35,168 nucleotides of DNA, taken from Aciduliprofundum sp. (GTDB lineage Archaea; Thermoplasmatota; Thermoplasmata; Thermoplasmatales; ARK-15). The position numbers and the translations under genes are program-made. How positions within the stretch are numbered: position 1 is the stretch's first letter; each line of letters begins with the position of its first letter. Positions 8,607-18,562 of the stretch are shown here, piece by piece. The stretch spans positions 1 to 35,168 of the forward strand of contig PNIT01000043.1 in NCBI GenBank assembly GCA_002878135.1. Reading direction: 5' to 3'. Under the pieces are notes generated by a model. That model made no database searches. It had not been told where the DNA came from and worked only from the letters and a program-made list of their open reading frames with translations.

Positions 8607-9832
8607 TCCTCAAACTCACCCAGAAGATATAGAGATCCCGTCACAAGGATAAAATCTGAGATCTCATATGCCCTTTTGAATGCACCCGATGATTCCTTGA
8701 TGCATTCAACGCTTTTAGTATATTTCTTTGCCTCCTCCGCGAGTATTTCAGCCTCCTTCCTCCTCTCATCCTTTACCTCAGTTACAATCATATGGTCACT
8801 TATCCTAGATATCTCCTTTAGAAATGCGGAATAGTTCTTATCCTTCAGCTGTGTTACCACCACTACAGGCTTCCTCAGGAATAGCTCCTCTATGGTATTT
8901 GAAAGGTTTCTCGCAGCCTCTGGATTGTGAGCAGCATCCGTTAGAACCAGGGGTGTTCTTGATTTTACCTCAAGCCTCCCAGGAAATCTTACGTTTGATA
9001 TGTACCTGTAATCAAGCTCGGGATCGAATATCTGGGCCATCTTGATGGCCATCAGTGCATTTTTTATCTGATGCCTTCCTATGAGTGGTATGTTTACCCA
9101 GTAATCATTATTTTCATCCCTGGCATGGAAATATGTACCATCAAGGGATATTGATGAAAAAGTAACATCGAATATATCGTTCACATTGTAGATCTTTGAT
9201 TTCCTGGATTCCGCCACCTCCCTGATTACCCTGAGCGCCCCCTCGTGCTCAACACCCACCACAACCGGAACACCTTCCTTTATTATGCCAGCCTTTTCAT
9301 AGGCAATCTTCTCATGTGTATCCCCAAGCTTATCCGTGTGCTCGAGTGAAACTGTTACTATACCCGTAACATCAGGCCTTATTATGTTGGTCGAATCAAG
9401 CCTTCCGCCCATACCTACCTCAACCACGGCAACATCCACACCCGTCTTTCTGAAGTAATCGAATGCCATTGCTGTTGTTACCTCGAAGAATGTGGGCTGC
9501 CTGTTCCTTTTTCCCATATCCTCTATTATTTTCCTCTTATCCCTCACCCATTCCACGATGAAATCATCATCTATCTCCCTATCATTAACTATTATCCTTT
9601 CATTGAACCTCCTTATATGGGGGCTTGTGTATAGACCTGCAGAATACTTCTGCCTTACTATGGAATAAAGCATGGCGCTGGTGGATCCCTTACCATTGGT
9701 CCCTGTTATGTGTGCACTTCTGAATGCATTCTGTGGATCACCAATGAGGTGTGAGAACTCAAGCATGACATCTAGACCCAGCTTTATACCGAACCTGGAG
9801 AGAGAATACAAGTATTCTATTTCCTGTACCAT
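8588..9832 (-). CDS. folC: Folylpolyglutamate synthase / dihydrofolate synthase (Mur ligase family)
   Basis: 414 aa with the ATP-binding motif HITGTNGKGST and the Mur-ligase middle and C-terminal domain pattern. It overlaps hflX by 19 nt and cysS by 16 nt. Confidence 0.85.
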   Translation of the reverse strand: MVQEIEYLYSLSRFGIKLGLDVMLEFSHLIGDPQNAFRSAHITGTNGKGSTSAMLYSIVRQKYSAGLYTSPHIRRFNERIIVNDREIDDDFIVEWVRDKRKIIEDMGKRNRQPTFFEVTTAMAFDYFRKTGVDVAVVEVGMGGRLDSTNIIRPDVTGIVTVSLEHTDKLGDTHEKIAYEKAGIIKEGVPVVVGVEHEGALRVIREVAESRKSKIYNVNDIFDVTFSSISLDGTYFHARDENNDYWVNIPLIGRHQIKNALMAIKMAQIFDPELDYRYISNVRFPGRLEVKSRTPLVLTDAAHNPEAARNLSNTIEELFLRKPVVVVTQLKDKNYSAFLKEISRISDHMIVTEVKDERRKEAEILAEEAKKYTKSVECIKESSGAFKRAYEISDFILVTGSLYLLGEFEEWLEKR

Positions 9833-11187
9833 ATCTGTCCTTCCTGCATATCCTCCACGTTGATATTATTTTCCCTCAGCTTTTCCCTTATGTAATCCGA
9901 TATATCGTAAAGCTTCCTTTCCCTTGCCATCTTCCTTATGGATAGTATGAGCTCTATTATCCTTTCCTCTGCAACCCTTCCTGATGGTATTATCTTTAGA
10001 ATTGAATCAATGTCATTGAAGAATTTTATTGATTCTTCTATATCCCCCATACCCATTCCATCCATATTCTTATTTATGAAATTCACGAAGAGCTGGATTG
10101 CGGATATTGCCTCCGGTGTATTGAAATCATCATCCATGGCATCCTCGAACATCCTCCTGTATTTCCTTATATCATCAATGAAACTCTCACCCTCTTTCGA
10201 TTCCTTCTTCAGGATCTTCCTGTATGCAATGACTATCTTCTCCCAGCTCTGCCTTATCTCATCAATCCTCTCATAGCTGAAATCAACAGGTGATCTGTAA
10301 TGGCTAGATAGAAGGAAATACCTGAGAAGCTCTGGCTCAACATTTTTAAGTATTTCCCTTATGTTTATCACATTCCCCATGGATTTGCCCATCCTCTCCT
10401 GCCTTATGGTGAGCAGGCCAGTGTGCATCCAGTAGTTAACCATGGGTTTCTTCCCGCTAACCGCCTCCATCTGGGCTATCTCGCATTCATGGTGTGGGAA
10501 TATAAGGTCAGATCCACCTCCATGAATATCGTACTGTGGACCAAAGTAGTATTCCGTTATTGCCGTATCCTCAATGTGCCAGCCAGGCCTGCCTTCACCC
10601 CAGGGGGATTCCCAGAATGGTTCGCCCTCCTTCCTCTTCTTCCAGAGGGCAAAATCCGCCGGGTGTCTCTTATTCTCATTAACCTCCACCCTGGCACCTG
10701 CCCTTATCATATCAAGTGATTGATGAGATAGTTTTCCATATTCTCTGAATCTTGATACATCATAATAAACACCATCATCCGTCTCATATGCGTATCCCAG
10801 GTCATAGAGTCTTTGTATCTGATCAATAATTCTATCTATAAAGTATGTTGCAGGTGCATATATGTTCACGGAATCTACCCTGAGGGATCTCATATCATTA
10901 AAATAGTGGAGCATGAACTCAAGGGATATATCAAGGGGATCCCTTTTTTCATTCCTTCCCCTGTTGATTATTTTATCATCTATGTCCGTGATGTTCTGGA
11001 GATAAAAAACATGGTAACCCTTGTACCTGAGATAGGAGGCCATTGTATCAAAGAATACATAGGTTCTTGCATGCCCTATGTGAGAGTAATCATACACTGT
11101 GGGACCGCACACGAAAAGCTTTACCCTCCTTCCTTCCATGGGCAGGAATTCCTTCTTTTCCCTGGAAAGGGTGTCATAAATTTTCAT
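9817..11187 (-). CDS. cysS: Cysteinyl-tRNA synthetase
   Basis: It has the HIGH motif (HIGHARTY) and a KMSKS variant (KMGKSMGN). The ORF track extends to 11280, but the conserved N-terminus MKIYDTLSREK starts at the ATG at 11187. The extra 31 codons run through the promoter. Confidence 0.95.
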   Translation of the reverse strand: MKIYDTLSREKKEFLPMEGRRVKLFVCGPTVYDYSHIGHARTYVFFDTMASYLRYKGYHVFYLQNITDIDDKIINRGRNEKRDPLDISLEFMLHYFNDMRSLRVDSVNIYAPATYFIDRIIDQIQRLYDLGYAYETDDGVYYDVSRFREYGKLSHQSLDMIRAGARVEVNENKRHPADFALWKKRKEGEPFWESPWGEGRPGWHIEDTAITEYYFGPQYDIHGGGSDLIFPHHECEIAQMEAVSGKKPMVNYWMHTGLLTIRQERMGKSMGNVINIREILKNVEPELLRYFLLSSHYRSPVDFSYERIDEIRQSWEKIVIAYRKILKKESKEGESFIDDIRKYRRMFEDAMDDDFNTPEAISAIQLFVNFINKNMDGMGMGDIEESIKFFNDIDSILKIIPSGRVAEERIIELILSIRKMARERKLYDISDYIREKLRENNINVEDMQEGQIWYRK

Positions 11188-11256
11188 AGGTGAGGATAAA
11201 AATTTTAAATATATAAAGGATGAGAAACATTTTTCATTCAAATATAATATGGTGAA

Positions 11257-11724
11257 ATGATGAAATTTGTTACCGACCACATGCTCGGCAGGCTTGCCAG
11301 ATATTTAAGGCTCCTTGGTTATGATACATTCTATCCTGAAAAGCCGCTGGACGATGATTCAATAATTGATATAGCAAGGAGCCAGGAAAGGGTACTACTC
11401 TCAAGGGATAGGGTTTTATGTTCAAGGTACAGTAACTCACTCCTCATAAAATCTGAAAACTACCTGGAACAGCTGAAGGAGGTAATAGATAGATTCAATC
11501 TTGATGGAAAAATGATGCTGAGCAGGTGCAGTGTATGCAATACCCCCCTTGAAAAAATAGAAAAGGAGAAGGTAAAGGGCAGAGTTCCTGAGAATGTATT
11601 CCTGAACCATGAGGAATTTTACATATGCCCCGGCTGTGGCAGGATCTACTGGATGGGATCACACACAAAAAGAATAATAGAGACGCTTGAAGAGGTGCTT
11701 GGATTTGAAGGTAGAGGAGATTAG
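11257..11724 (+). CDS. Mut7-C / DUF82 PIN-like nuclease domain protein with C-terminal zinc ribbon
   Basis: 155 aa. The N-terminus FVTDHMLGRLARYLRLLGYDT is typical of the Mut7-C RNase domain. The C-terminus has CSVCN...CPGCGRIYWMGSH. Confidence 0.8.
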   Translation: MMKFVTDHMLGRLARYLRLLGYDTFYPEKPLDDDSIIDIARSQERVLLSRDRVLCSRYSNSLLIKSENYLEQLKEVIDRFNLDGKMMLSRCSVCNTPLEKIEKEKVKGRVPENVFLNHEEFYICPGCGRIYWMGSHTKRIIETLEEVLGFEGRGD

Positions 11725-12724
11725 GGAGGATGAAGGATACCTGAAACTTAGGATAACAAATCTTGATGATCTCTGGCTCCTGGGGAACATCATTGAAAGG
11801 GGTGATACTGTCCTTGGTACAACCTTCAGGAAGGGTGATGAGAGGAATGATACTGTTAGATCCAAGAAGAGTGAGAGGATAAGGATAAACGTTGGTATAG
11901 AGGTGGAGGAGGTGGAGTTTCAGGAGTTCACTGATAGACTCAGGGTAAGGGGGAGGATAATCATAGGTCCAGAGGAATACCTGGGCCACTATCAGAGCCT
12001 CAACTTCTCTGTAGGGGATACAGTGGAGATTATTAAAAAATATATCTCAAGAACGCTTGTTGAGGAGATAGAAAAATCTGAGAAAAGGAGCATACAGGCT
12101 TTATTCGTTTCAATGGATGATGAGAGTGCAACTGTGGCTATGCTCAGGGACTATGGTATACAGATACTTGCAGAGATAAGGCTCTCAAAGCCATCCAAGG
12201 AGATGGAAGATGGTGAAACTGATTACGGTGAAATAATTGAGAAGATTTCACAGTACTGGAAGGAGGGTATGCCAATATTTCTGACAGGTCCTGGATTCTT
12301 CAAGGAGAATTTCCTTAAAAAGATAAATGATCAGTCCCTTAGATCATCCATCATACCCGTTGATACCTCATATGCGGGTGAAAGGGGTATCTATGAGGCT
12401 CTAAGATCAGGTGCGATGGACAGGATTCTAAGGGATTACAGGCTCAGGGAGGAGATAGATTACGTATCAATGCTCCTGGATGAGATTGGAAGGGAAGGAA
12501 GGTATGCGTACGGTTTTGATGAGGTAAAAAAATATGCGGAGATGGGTGCTGTGGATACACTTCTAATACTTGATACTAAATTGAAGCATGAAGATTACAA
12601 ACAGGTGATGAGGACTGTTGAGAACATGGGTGGTAAGATCGTTATAATAAGCTCACATCATGAGTACGGAAGGATGCTATCAAATCTTGGGGGTATTGGC
12701 GCTATCCTCAGGTATAAGACTTAA
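11705..12724 (+). CDS. pelA: Pelota (archaeal Dom34, ribosome rescue / no-go decay factor)
   Basis: It has the Pelota N-terminus ([25 protein letters not shown]) and eRF1-like central and C-terminal domains. There is no in-frame ATG near the 5' end. Candidate starts are TTG at 11687 (ORF track), 11699 or 11705. I chose 11705 because (M)KVEEIRED matches typical Pelota N-termini. Confidence 0.9.
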   Translation: MKVEEIREDEGYLKLRITNLDDLWLLGNIIERGDTVLGTTFRKGDERNDTVRSKKSERIRINVGIEVEEVEFQEFTDRLRVRGRIIIGPEEYLGHYQSLNFSVGDTVEIIKKYISRTLVEEIEKSEKRSIQALFVSMDDESATVAMLRDYGIQILAEIRLSKPSKEMEDGETDYGEIIEKISQYWKEGMPIFLTGPGFFKENFLKKINDQSLRSSIIPVDTSYAGERGIYEALRSGAMDRILRDYRLREEIDYVSMLLDEIGREGRYAYGFDEVKKYAEMGAVDTLLILDTKLKHEDYKQVMRTVENMGGKIVIISSHHEYGRMLSNLGGIGAILRYKT

Positions 12725-13680
12725 CCGTCCCTAACACCCTCCGAATTTATCACTATCACCACCTCCCCTTCAGGCAGTGATGGTGAATCTATGAGCCTCG
12801 CTATCCTCTTGTCGCCCTTGGACCTTCTCAGGGATATTCTGAATGTGGCAGTATGGCCAACAATGTTTCCTCCAATTGGCTGGTTTGGATCGCCAAAGAA
12901 TATATCCGGCCTTGCTGAAACCTGGTTTGTCACTGCCACAACAGCATTGTATATGTCTGCAAACCTGAGGAGATCATGCATGTGCCTGTTGAGCATCTGC
13001 TGCCTCTCGGCCAGAGCACCCCTTCCTGTGTACTCAACCCTGAAGTGAGCTGTGAGAGAATCAACAGCAATGAGCCGTATGGGATGCTGCTTTGCTGTCT
13101 CAAATGCCTTTTCAACAAGTAGCATCTGATGGCTTGAGTTGTACGCCCTTGCCACATGGATCTTTTTAAGAACCTCCTTTGGATCAAGATTAAGTGCAAC
13201 TGCCATCTGTTCTATCCTTTCCGGCCTGAATGTGTTCTCAGTATCTATAAGTATTGCCTCACCGTTTAGACCCTTCCTCTCCTCAGGCATTGTAACATTT
13301 ACCAGGAGCTGGTGTATAAGCTGAGTCTTTCCAGAACCGAATGGCCCGAAGAGTTCTGTGATTGCCTGTGTTTCAAGACCCCCACCTAGAAGATTATCAA
13401 GCGCCTGGGATCCTGTTGTGAGCTTGGATATGTGCTGCCTCCTCTCAAGAACAACATCCCCTGTAACAAAGTTACCAACATCAGCAAACTTCCTTGCTGC
13501 CTCCACTATCTTCTTTGCCTGTGCCTCACCTATCTCTGCGGCAGCGGCAATATCCGCAGGGGGTGTAACTGCAAGTGTAATAAGATCAGTGAAACCCGCA
13601 TCTCTCAATTTCTCTGCTATCGCAGGACCCACGCCCGGTAGGTCCTCAATACTTTCAACCTTCTTTTCCTTTGCCACCAT
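12721..13680 (-). CDS. radA: DNA repair and recombination protein RadA
   Basis: 319 aa with an N-terminal HhH domain ([12 protein letters not shown]), Walker [10 protein letters not shown] and Walker B LIAVDS. Confidence 0.95.
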   Translation of the reverse strand: MVAKEKKVESIEDLPGVGPAIAEKLRDAGFTDLITLAVTPPADIAAAAEIGEAQAKKIVEAARKFADVGNFVTGDVVLERRQHISKLTTGSQALDNLLGGGLETQAITELFGPFGSGKTQLIHQLLVNVTMPEERKGLNGEAILIDTENTFRPERIEQMAVALNLDPKEVLKKIHVARAYNSSHQMLLVEKAFETAKQHPIRLIAVDSLTAHFRVEYTGRGALAERQQMLNRHMHDLLRFADIYNAVVAVTNQVSARPDIFFGDPNQPIGGNIVGHTATFRISLRRSKGDKRIARLIDSPSLPEGEVVIVINSEGVRDG

Positions 13681-13689
13681 TAAGCACCA

Positions 13690-14694
13690 TCATATACCTT
13701 TTTGCTGGATATACTCTATCAGGTCCACCAACCTGCAGGCATACCCATATTCATTATCGTACCATGCCACCACTTTTATTAAGTTTTCCCCATTGACCTG
13801 AATCAATTCTGCATCAACCACAGCAGAATATGTTGTACCCTTGAAATCTATGGAAACGAGCGGCTCGTATGATATGCCCAGTATTCCCTTCATCCTTCCA
13901 TTTGCGTATTTCTCAAATGCCTTCAGTATCTCCTCCTTTGTTGTACTCTTCTTCACAAGAGCCACAAAATCAACAACACTTACTGTGCTTGTGGGAACCC
14001 TCATGGATATTGCCTCGAACTTACCCTTCATCTCTGGTATAACAACGGCAACGGATTTAGCAGCACCTGTTGATGTTGGTATGATGGACTGCGATGCTGC
14101 CCTCATCCTCCTGAAATCCTTATGTGGGGCATCCTGCAGCCTCTGGTCCATGGTGACTGAATGAACAGTGTTCATGAATGATTTCTCTATTCCAAACTCA
14201 TCATTTATTACCTTAACTATGGGCGTTATGCAATTTGTTGTGCAAGAACCATTGGATATTATCCTGTGCTTCTTGGGATCATATTTTTCCTCATTTACAC
14301 CTAGAACCACCGTGAAATCCTCATTCTTGGCAGGCGCCGATATGATCACCTTCTTTGCACCAGCATTTATGTGTGCAATCGCCTTCTGGCCATCCGTGAA
14401 TTGTCCTGTGGATTCAACAACAATATCTATGTCAAGGTCTTTCCATGGAAGCTTAGATGGATCCTTCTCACTGAATGTATGTGTCCTTTTACCATTCACC
14501 TCAAAATAATTCTCACCACTCTTAACATCCGCATTGAGTGTGCCATAATTACTATCATACTTGAGGAGATGTGCAAGTGACTTTGCATCAACAAGGTCAT
14601 TAACCGCAACAAGCTCTATATCCCTCCTCTCAAGAGCGATCCTGTAGGTTAGCCTCCCTATCCTTCCAAAACCATTGATTGCCACCCTTACCAT
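13690..14694 (-). CDS. gap: Glyceraldehyde-3-phosphate dehydrogenase, class I (bacterial/eukaryotic type)
   Basis: Motifs seen: INGFGRIGR, the active site SNGSCTTNC, and WYDNEYGY. The ORF track extends to 14751, but MVRVAINGFGRIGR starts at the ATG at 14694. Confidence 0.95.
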   Translation of the reverse strand: MVRVAINGFGRIGRLTYRIALERRDIELVAVNDLVDAKSLAHLLKYDSNYGTLNADVKSGENYFEVNGKRTHTFSEKDPSKLPWKDLDIDIVVESTGQFTDGQKAIAHINAGAKKVIISAPAKNEDFTVVLGVNEEKYDPKKHRIISNGSCTTNCITPIVKVINDEFGIEKSFMNTVHSVTMDQRLQDAPHKDFRRMRAASQSIIPTSTGAAKSVAVVIPEMKGKFEAISMRVPTSTVSVVDFVALVKKSTTKEEILKAFEKYANGRMKGILGISYEPLVSIDFKGTTYSAVVDAELIQVNGENLIKVVAWYDNEYGYACRLVDLIEYIQQKGI

Positions 14695-14722
14695 ATTTTG
14701 CACCCAATCAAGGATATTGCAA

Positions 14723-15376
14723 CTATATATAAAATTCTTCTTTGAAACCAAATTTACCTATCATGGGAACAAATGCCACTGATCCATGGTTCTCCTTAAC
14801 TATCTCCCCCTTTCTCTTGATTACCCTGTAGAGATCCTGGAAATAGTGGCCTCCCACGGGTATCACCATTATTCCACCCTCAGATAGCTGTTCAAGCAGG
14901 ACTTGAGGTATATCAGGCGCCCCGCACGTCACCACAATCCTATCAAAGGGTGCCTCCTCAGGATATCCCTGGGAACCATCACCGTAGACAATTCTTATAT
15001 TCTCTGAATGTGGGCATCTCTTTATGTTCTCCTGAGCTATGTAATAAAGTGATTTCAACCTCTCAATGGTAATCACCCTGCCAGGATATGCGAGGTATTC
15101 CATTAGACAGGCGTTATATCCAGATCCTGTACCTATCTCAAGAACCTTCATGCCTCTCCTTATGTCCAGGAGCTCAAGCATAATCGCCACCATATGCGGC
15201 GCGGATATTGTTTGATCCTCACCTATTGGGAGGGGCTCATCAATATATGCCTCTTCCCTGTATATGTAGGGTACAAAATCCTTCCTGTCTATGGTGAGCA
15301 TGGCCTCCCTCACAGACTCGCTCCTTATGAAACCCTCCCTGATGAGTTCCTTCACAAGTTCCTCAAGGTTCTTCAT
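14723..15376 (-). CDS. pcm: Protein-L-isoaspartate O-methyltransferase
   Basis: 217 aa with QTISAPHMVA and the SAM motif VLEIGTGSGYNA. Confidence 0.9.
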   Translation of the reverse strand: MKNLEELVKELIREGFIRSESVREAMLTIDRKDFVPYIYREEAYIDEPLPIGEDQTISAPHMVAIMLELLDIRRGMKVLEIGTGSGYNACLMEYLAYPGRVITIERLKSLYYIAQENIKRCPHSENIRIVYGDGSQGYPEEAPFDRIVVTCGAPDIPQVLLEQLSEGGIMVIPVGGHYFQDLYRVIKRKGEIVKENHGSVAFVPMIGKFGFKEEFYI

Positions 15377-15891
15377 CTCTTCTTCAACTCATATACATAA
15401 ATGCTGTGAAAGAAAAAATTTTTTCTATCCAGCATCCTGAATTCATAATTATTGAATCTTTCCTTCATTCTTTCAACATTGTTGTAGGAACTAAGGATGA
15501 TGAATATTGAACCCTCATTTTTCAAATGTGCATACGCATCCTTAAGGAATCTATAAATGACCTCCTCTCCTTCCCTACCCCCGTATATGGCAACATCCTC
15601 ATCAGCATCACCGGGAAGGTATGGAGGGTTGAATATGATGGTGTCAAACTCGCCATCCACATCATCAAAGAGATCTGATTTTATAACCCTTACATCTATT
15701 TTCTCCCTTTCAACCACATCCTTCATATGCTCAATTGCATCATCATCAATATCCGTGGCCGTGACATCGTATCCCATCCTTGCAAGTGAGAATGATATGT
15801 ATCCCGACCCTGCACCTATCTCTAGTATCCTTCCCCTGGGCCTTACATGATCGAGGAGGAAGAGTGTGTCCTCTTCTACCCTGTAATACAT
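15373..15891 (-). CDS. HemK-related N5-glutamine methyltransferase (Mtq2-like, release-factor methylase family)
   Basis: It has the SAM motif ILEIGAGSGY and the NPPY tetrad (IIFNPPYLPG). The conserved N-terminus MYYRVEEDTLFLL starts at the ATG at 15891; the ORF track's upstream extension is non-coding. It shares an ATGA overlap with pcm. Confidence 0.8.
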   Translation of the reverse strand: MYYRVEEDTLFLLDHVRPRGRILEIGAGSGYISFSLARMGYDVTATDIDDDAIEHMKDVVEREKIDVRVIKSDLFDDVDGEFDTIIFNPPYLPGDADEDVAIYGGREGEEVIYRFLKDAYAHLKNEGSIFIILSSYNNVERMKERFNNYEFRMLDRKNFFFHSIYVYELKKR

Positions 15892-15926
15892 AAAGTTTAA
15901 ATAAATGAAACCTCTATTTAACACTT

Positions 15927-16565
15927 GTGAACTACATAAAATACCACGGCCATTCCTGCTTCGAGGTGGGAGGTTCGCTTGTGATACTTTTCGATCCCCA
16001 CGATGGAAAGAGCATAGGCCTACCTGTCCCTGATGCAAGGGCAGATTTTGTTTTCATCACGCACGAACATTTTGACCACAATGCAGTCCATGTTGTCAGG
16101 GGTCTCCCAAAGGTTGTAAGGGATGATTGCAATGGAATTTTCAAAAATTTGAAGTATCAGTGCGTCATGGATTATCATGATGAGAGTGGCGGTGCTGAAA
16201 GGGGAATGGTAAGGATATTCAGGGTAGAGCTTGATGGAATAAGCTTTGCTCACCTGGGTGACCTTGGCCGCATACCAGACAGGGAAAAAATTGATTTCAT
16301 TAAAAATGTGGATTTCCTTTTCATTCCGGTGGGCTCCGTTTATACAATAGATTCATCCAAGGCCTTTGAGATTGTTAAGATGGTGGAACCAAGGATAACC
16401 GTACCAATGCACTTCAGTACAAAGGGTCTTAAGCTCAATCTTGAGCCCGTTGAAAATTTCCTCAAGCACTTCGAAAAGGAAAAGGTGAAGAAACAGGGAA
16501 GGGAGAAGAGATTCAACAGGGATGAACTTCCAAAGGAAAAAGAGGTATGGGTATTCTCACTTTGA
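15927..16565 (+). CDS. Metallo-beta-lactamase-fold hydrolase (UPF0173 family)
   Basis: 212 aa with a GTG start, HGHSCF at the N-terminus and HxHxDH as ITHEHFDH. Confidence 0.8.
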   Translation: MNYIKYHGHSCFEVGGSLVILFDPHDGKSIGLPVPDARADFVFITHEHFDHNAVHVVRGLPKVVRDDCNGIFKNLKYQCVMDYHDESGGAERGMVRIFRVELDGISFAHLGDLGRIPDREKIDFIKNVDFLFIPVGSVYTIDSSKAFEIVKMVEPRITVPMHFSTKGLKLNLEPVENFLKHFEKEKVKKQGREKRFNRDELPKEKEVWVFSL

Positions 16566-17216
16566 TGCTATTGCATCCTCAATCTCGAATACCTCTATTG
16601 GTGTGCTGAGATCACCCACAAGCGCGCCCTTTGAATTTGCGATCATAGATGCACCTATGTAAATGGATCCAAAATTTGCTGTGGTAAGATGTACAGGTAA
16701 CCTGAATAGATCCTGCAAAAATTTTATCTCCTTCTCATCCACCTGCGGATTCACAAGAAGTGCATTCTTTGTAACAACAGCCACAGATCCCACAGTTTTA
16801 ATACCACCTATCATACCCTTAACAACCTCTACGTCAAGGGCCTCCCCTATATATCTGATCGTCTCATTTTCAAAATCCGGATGTACAAGGGCTACCCTGT
16901 CGCTTGCAAGTATATCATTCCCAACAGCATTTATCTTATCATTAATAAAAAGTATGTTATAATCATCCTTCATAAAATGTAGATCCTCAAGTTCACCGAA
17001 ATCAGCCACAACAGCTCCCTTGGAGTTCATCACCATTAGGCTGCCTAGGAGAGGAGAGCCACCTATGAAGGTTTTATGCACATCAACATCCAGTGCCCTC
17101 TTCACAAGTTTTTCCTCATCTGGTGTTGAATCCTTTGGTATTATGGCCATTGATTCATTGCATACTGAAAAAACTCCCACGTAGGGACTGTTGTGCAACC
17201 TTCCTTTTAAAAGCAT
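16557..17216 (-). CDS. eif6: Translation initiation factor 6 (aIF6)
   Basis: 219 aa with the pentein-repeat pattern typical of eIF6 (NSPYVGVF ..., repeated G..L.N/G blocks). It sits in the conserved position after L31e. Confidence 0.9.
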   Translation of the reverse strand: MLLKGRLHNSPYVGVFSVCNESMAIIPKDSTPDEEKLVKRALDVDVHKTFIGGSPLLGSLMVMNSKGAVVADFGELEDLHFMKDDYNILFINDKINAVGNDILASDRVALVHPDFENETIRYIGEALDVEVVKGMIGGIKTVGSVAVVTKNALLVNPQVDEKEIKFLQDLFRLPVHLTTANFGSIYIGASMIANSKGALVGDLSTPIEVFEIEDAIASK

Positions 17217-17227
17217 TCTCTTCCTAC

Positions 17228-17497
17228 CTACGCAGCATATACCTCCGCTGTGTTCTCCTCAGGATATTTGACCACCTTAACCGATATCCTGGAGGGTGGC
17301 TTTTCTATGCCCCTCTTCCATATTACCTCGTTGAGCTTCGGGTCTATCCATACATTCTCCAGGGGTATCTTGAGATGTTTTGAAACATGCAGCTCTATCA
17401 ATTTTATGGCGACGTTTGATCTTCTTCTCCTTGAAACAAGCTTCAATCTCCTCAGGGGTATGTTCATTATAATCTCATTATCTGCCATTGTTATCAC
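17228..17497 (-). CDS. rpl31e: 50S ribosomal protein L31e
   Basis: 89 aa with IPLRRL ... RRRRSNVAIKLI ... IDPKLNEVIWKRGIEKPPSRISV. The start is either GTG at 17497 or ATG at 17488. Confidence 0.9.
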   Translation of the reverse strand: MITMADNEIIMNIPLRRLKLVSRRRRSNVAIKLIELHVSKHLKIPLENVWIDPKLNEVIWKRGIEKPPSRISVKVVKYPEENTAEVYAA

Positions 17498-17498
17498 C

Positions 17499-17654
17499 TC
17501 ATACCTTCAGTGAGTTTCTCCTCCAGTTCCTCCTGTGGGGATGTGTGACAAATTTTCTATCTGTCCTTATCATTACCCATCCCGGTACCCTTCTGTTCGT
17601 CCTCATATGCCTGATCAACCTAAACTTCCTTGCCACATGTTTATTTCTTGCCAT
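17499..17654 (-). CDS. rpl39e: 50S ribosomal protein L39e
   Basis: This gene is not in the ORF track because it is under 60 aa. My own minus-strand translation gives [52 protein letters not shown] (51 aa). It is in the expected position between the PDCD5-like gene and L31e. Confidence 0.85.
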   Translation of the reverse strand: MARNKHVARKFRLIRHMRTNRRVPGWVMIRTDRKFVTHPHRRNWRRNSLKV

Positions 17655-17659
17655 CCTTT

Positions 17660-17995
17660 TCATCTCCTTTCAATCTTTATATCCCTCTTACCCTCACTCA
17701 GCCTGGCCAGTAGTGTTCTAATCTCATCATCTGTAATCATTCTGTTGAGCCTTCCCGTCTGAGCAAGGTATATTATCTGATTTTCTACAGCCTCCGCAAG
17801 ATCAGGTTTAACGAGCTTTACCCTGTTAAGCCTTTCCCTTGCCTCACTCGTAAGGTACTGCCTCAGGATCCTTAACCTTTCCTCCTGTACCTCCCTCTCC
17901 TTCTGTACCTCCTGCTCTTCCATGGACTGCTGGGCAAGGAGCTGTGCCAATTTTCTTCGCCTTATTTCCTCTAGCTCCCTGTCCTCCTCAGACAT
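17660..17995 (-). CDS. PDCD5/TFAR19-family DNA-binding protein
   Basis: 111 aa. It has an acidic/basic N-terminus ([17 protein letters not shown]) and a conserved core ([24 protein letters not shown]). It has the conserved archaeal neighbourhood S19e - this gene - L39e - L31e - aIF6. Confidence 0.85.
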   Translation of the reverse strand: MSEEDRELEEIRRRKLAQLLAQQSMEEQEVQKEREVQEERLRILRQYLTSEARERLNRVKLVKPDLAEAVENQIIYLAQTGRLNRMITDDEIRTLLARLSEGKRDIKIERR

Positions 17996-18004
17996 ATACT
18001 CACC

Positions 18005-18424
18005 TCAACTACCTTTCTTTACAATTTCCTCTGCAAGCTTATCAAGATATGATCTACCCTTGGGCGAAACTACCCTTCCCTTCTTATTCTTCTCAACATA
18101 TCCAAGTGCCTCAAGCTGCTGGAGACATTTCCTCACTATGGATCTGCTCCCCTTCCATGCATGGTAGGGCTTGGTACCCCTGTCCACCTTTCCACCATAT
18201 TCTGAGGAAAGCCTTGATGTTCCTATGGGGCCCTTTACATAAATCTTCCTGAATACGCTCGCCAGTCTCAGATACCACCAGTCATCATCCACCGGCCCCT
18301 TTTCCCTGTGTATACCAGTCTTTACCCACTTTGCCCATTCCGGAGGCTTTATATCCTCCTTTTTCAGCCTTTCGGCTAATTCTTTCAGGAATTTATCCGG
18401 ATCCACATCATAGACAGTTACCAT
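18005..18424 (-). CDS. rps19e: 30S ribosomal protein S19e
   Basis: 139 aa with VYDVDPDKF ... PEWAKWVKTG ... WWYLRLASVFRKIY, typical of S19e. Confidence 0.9.
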   Translation of the reverse strand: MVTVYDVDPDKFLKELAERLKKEDIKPPEWAKWVKTGIHREKGPVDDDWWYLRLASVFRKIYVKGPIGTSRLSSEYGGKVDRGTKPYHAWKGSRSIVRKCLQQLEALGYVEKNKKGRVVSPKGRSYLDKLAEEIVKKGS

Positions 18425-18488
18425 GTTTATCGACCTTGAAATTATGAGAAGCTCAATACTGAAGTTATATATGAGTATTTCGCAAAAA

Positions 18489-18561
18489 TGGACCGGCCGG
18501 GATTCGAACCCGGGGCCTTTTGCTTGCGAAGCAAACGATCTACCAACTGATCTACCGGCCC
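18489..18561 (-). tRNA. tRNA-Ala (anticodon CGC)
   Basis: The minus strand reads GGGCCGG-TA-GATC-AGTTGGTA-GATC-G-TTTGC-TTCGCAA-GCAAA-AGGCC-CCGGG-TTCGAAT-CCCGG-CCGGTCC-A. This is a full 73-nt cloverleaf with the G3:U70 alanine identity pair. There is no intron and no encoded CCA. A TTTTT run follows the 3' end. Confidence 0.92.
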
Positions 18562-18562
18562 A

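Noticed and set aside
11188-11280. N-terminal ORF extensions in the track: cysS to 11280, gap to 14751, mtq2-like to 16038, VIT1 to 33799 and atpD to 29687.
   Set aside because: The extensions run through promoter DNA or neighbouring genes. They are not part of the conserved N-termini, and internal ATGs give canonical protein starts.
12721-12724. The pelota and radA stop codons share the palindrome TTAA. The hydrolase and aIF6 genes also overlap convergently at 16557-16565.
   Set aside because: This is real but is just genome compaction. It only implies that no intergenic terminator hairpin exists there.
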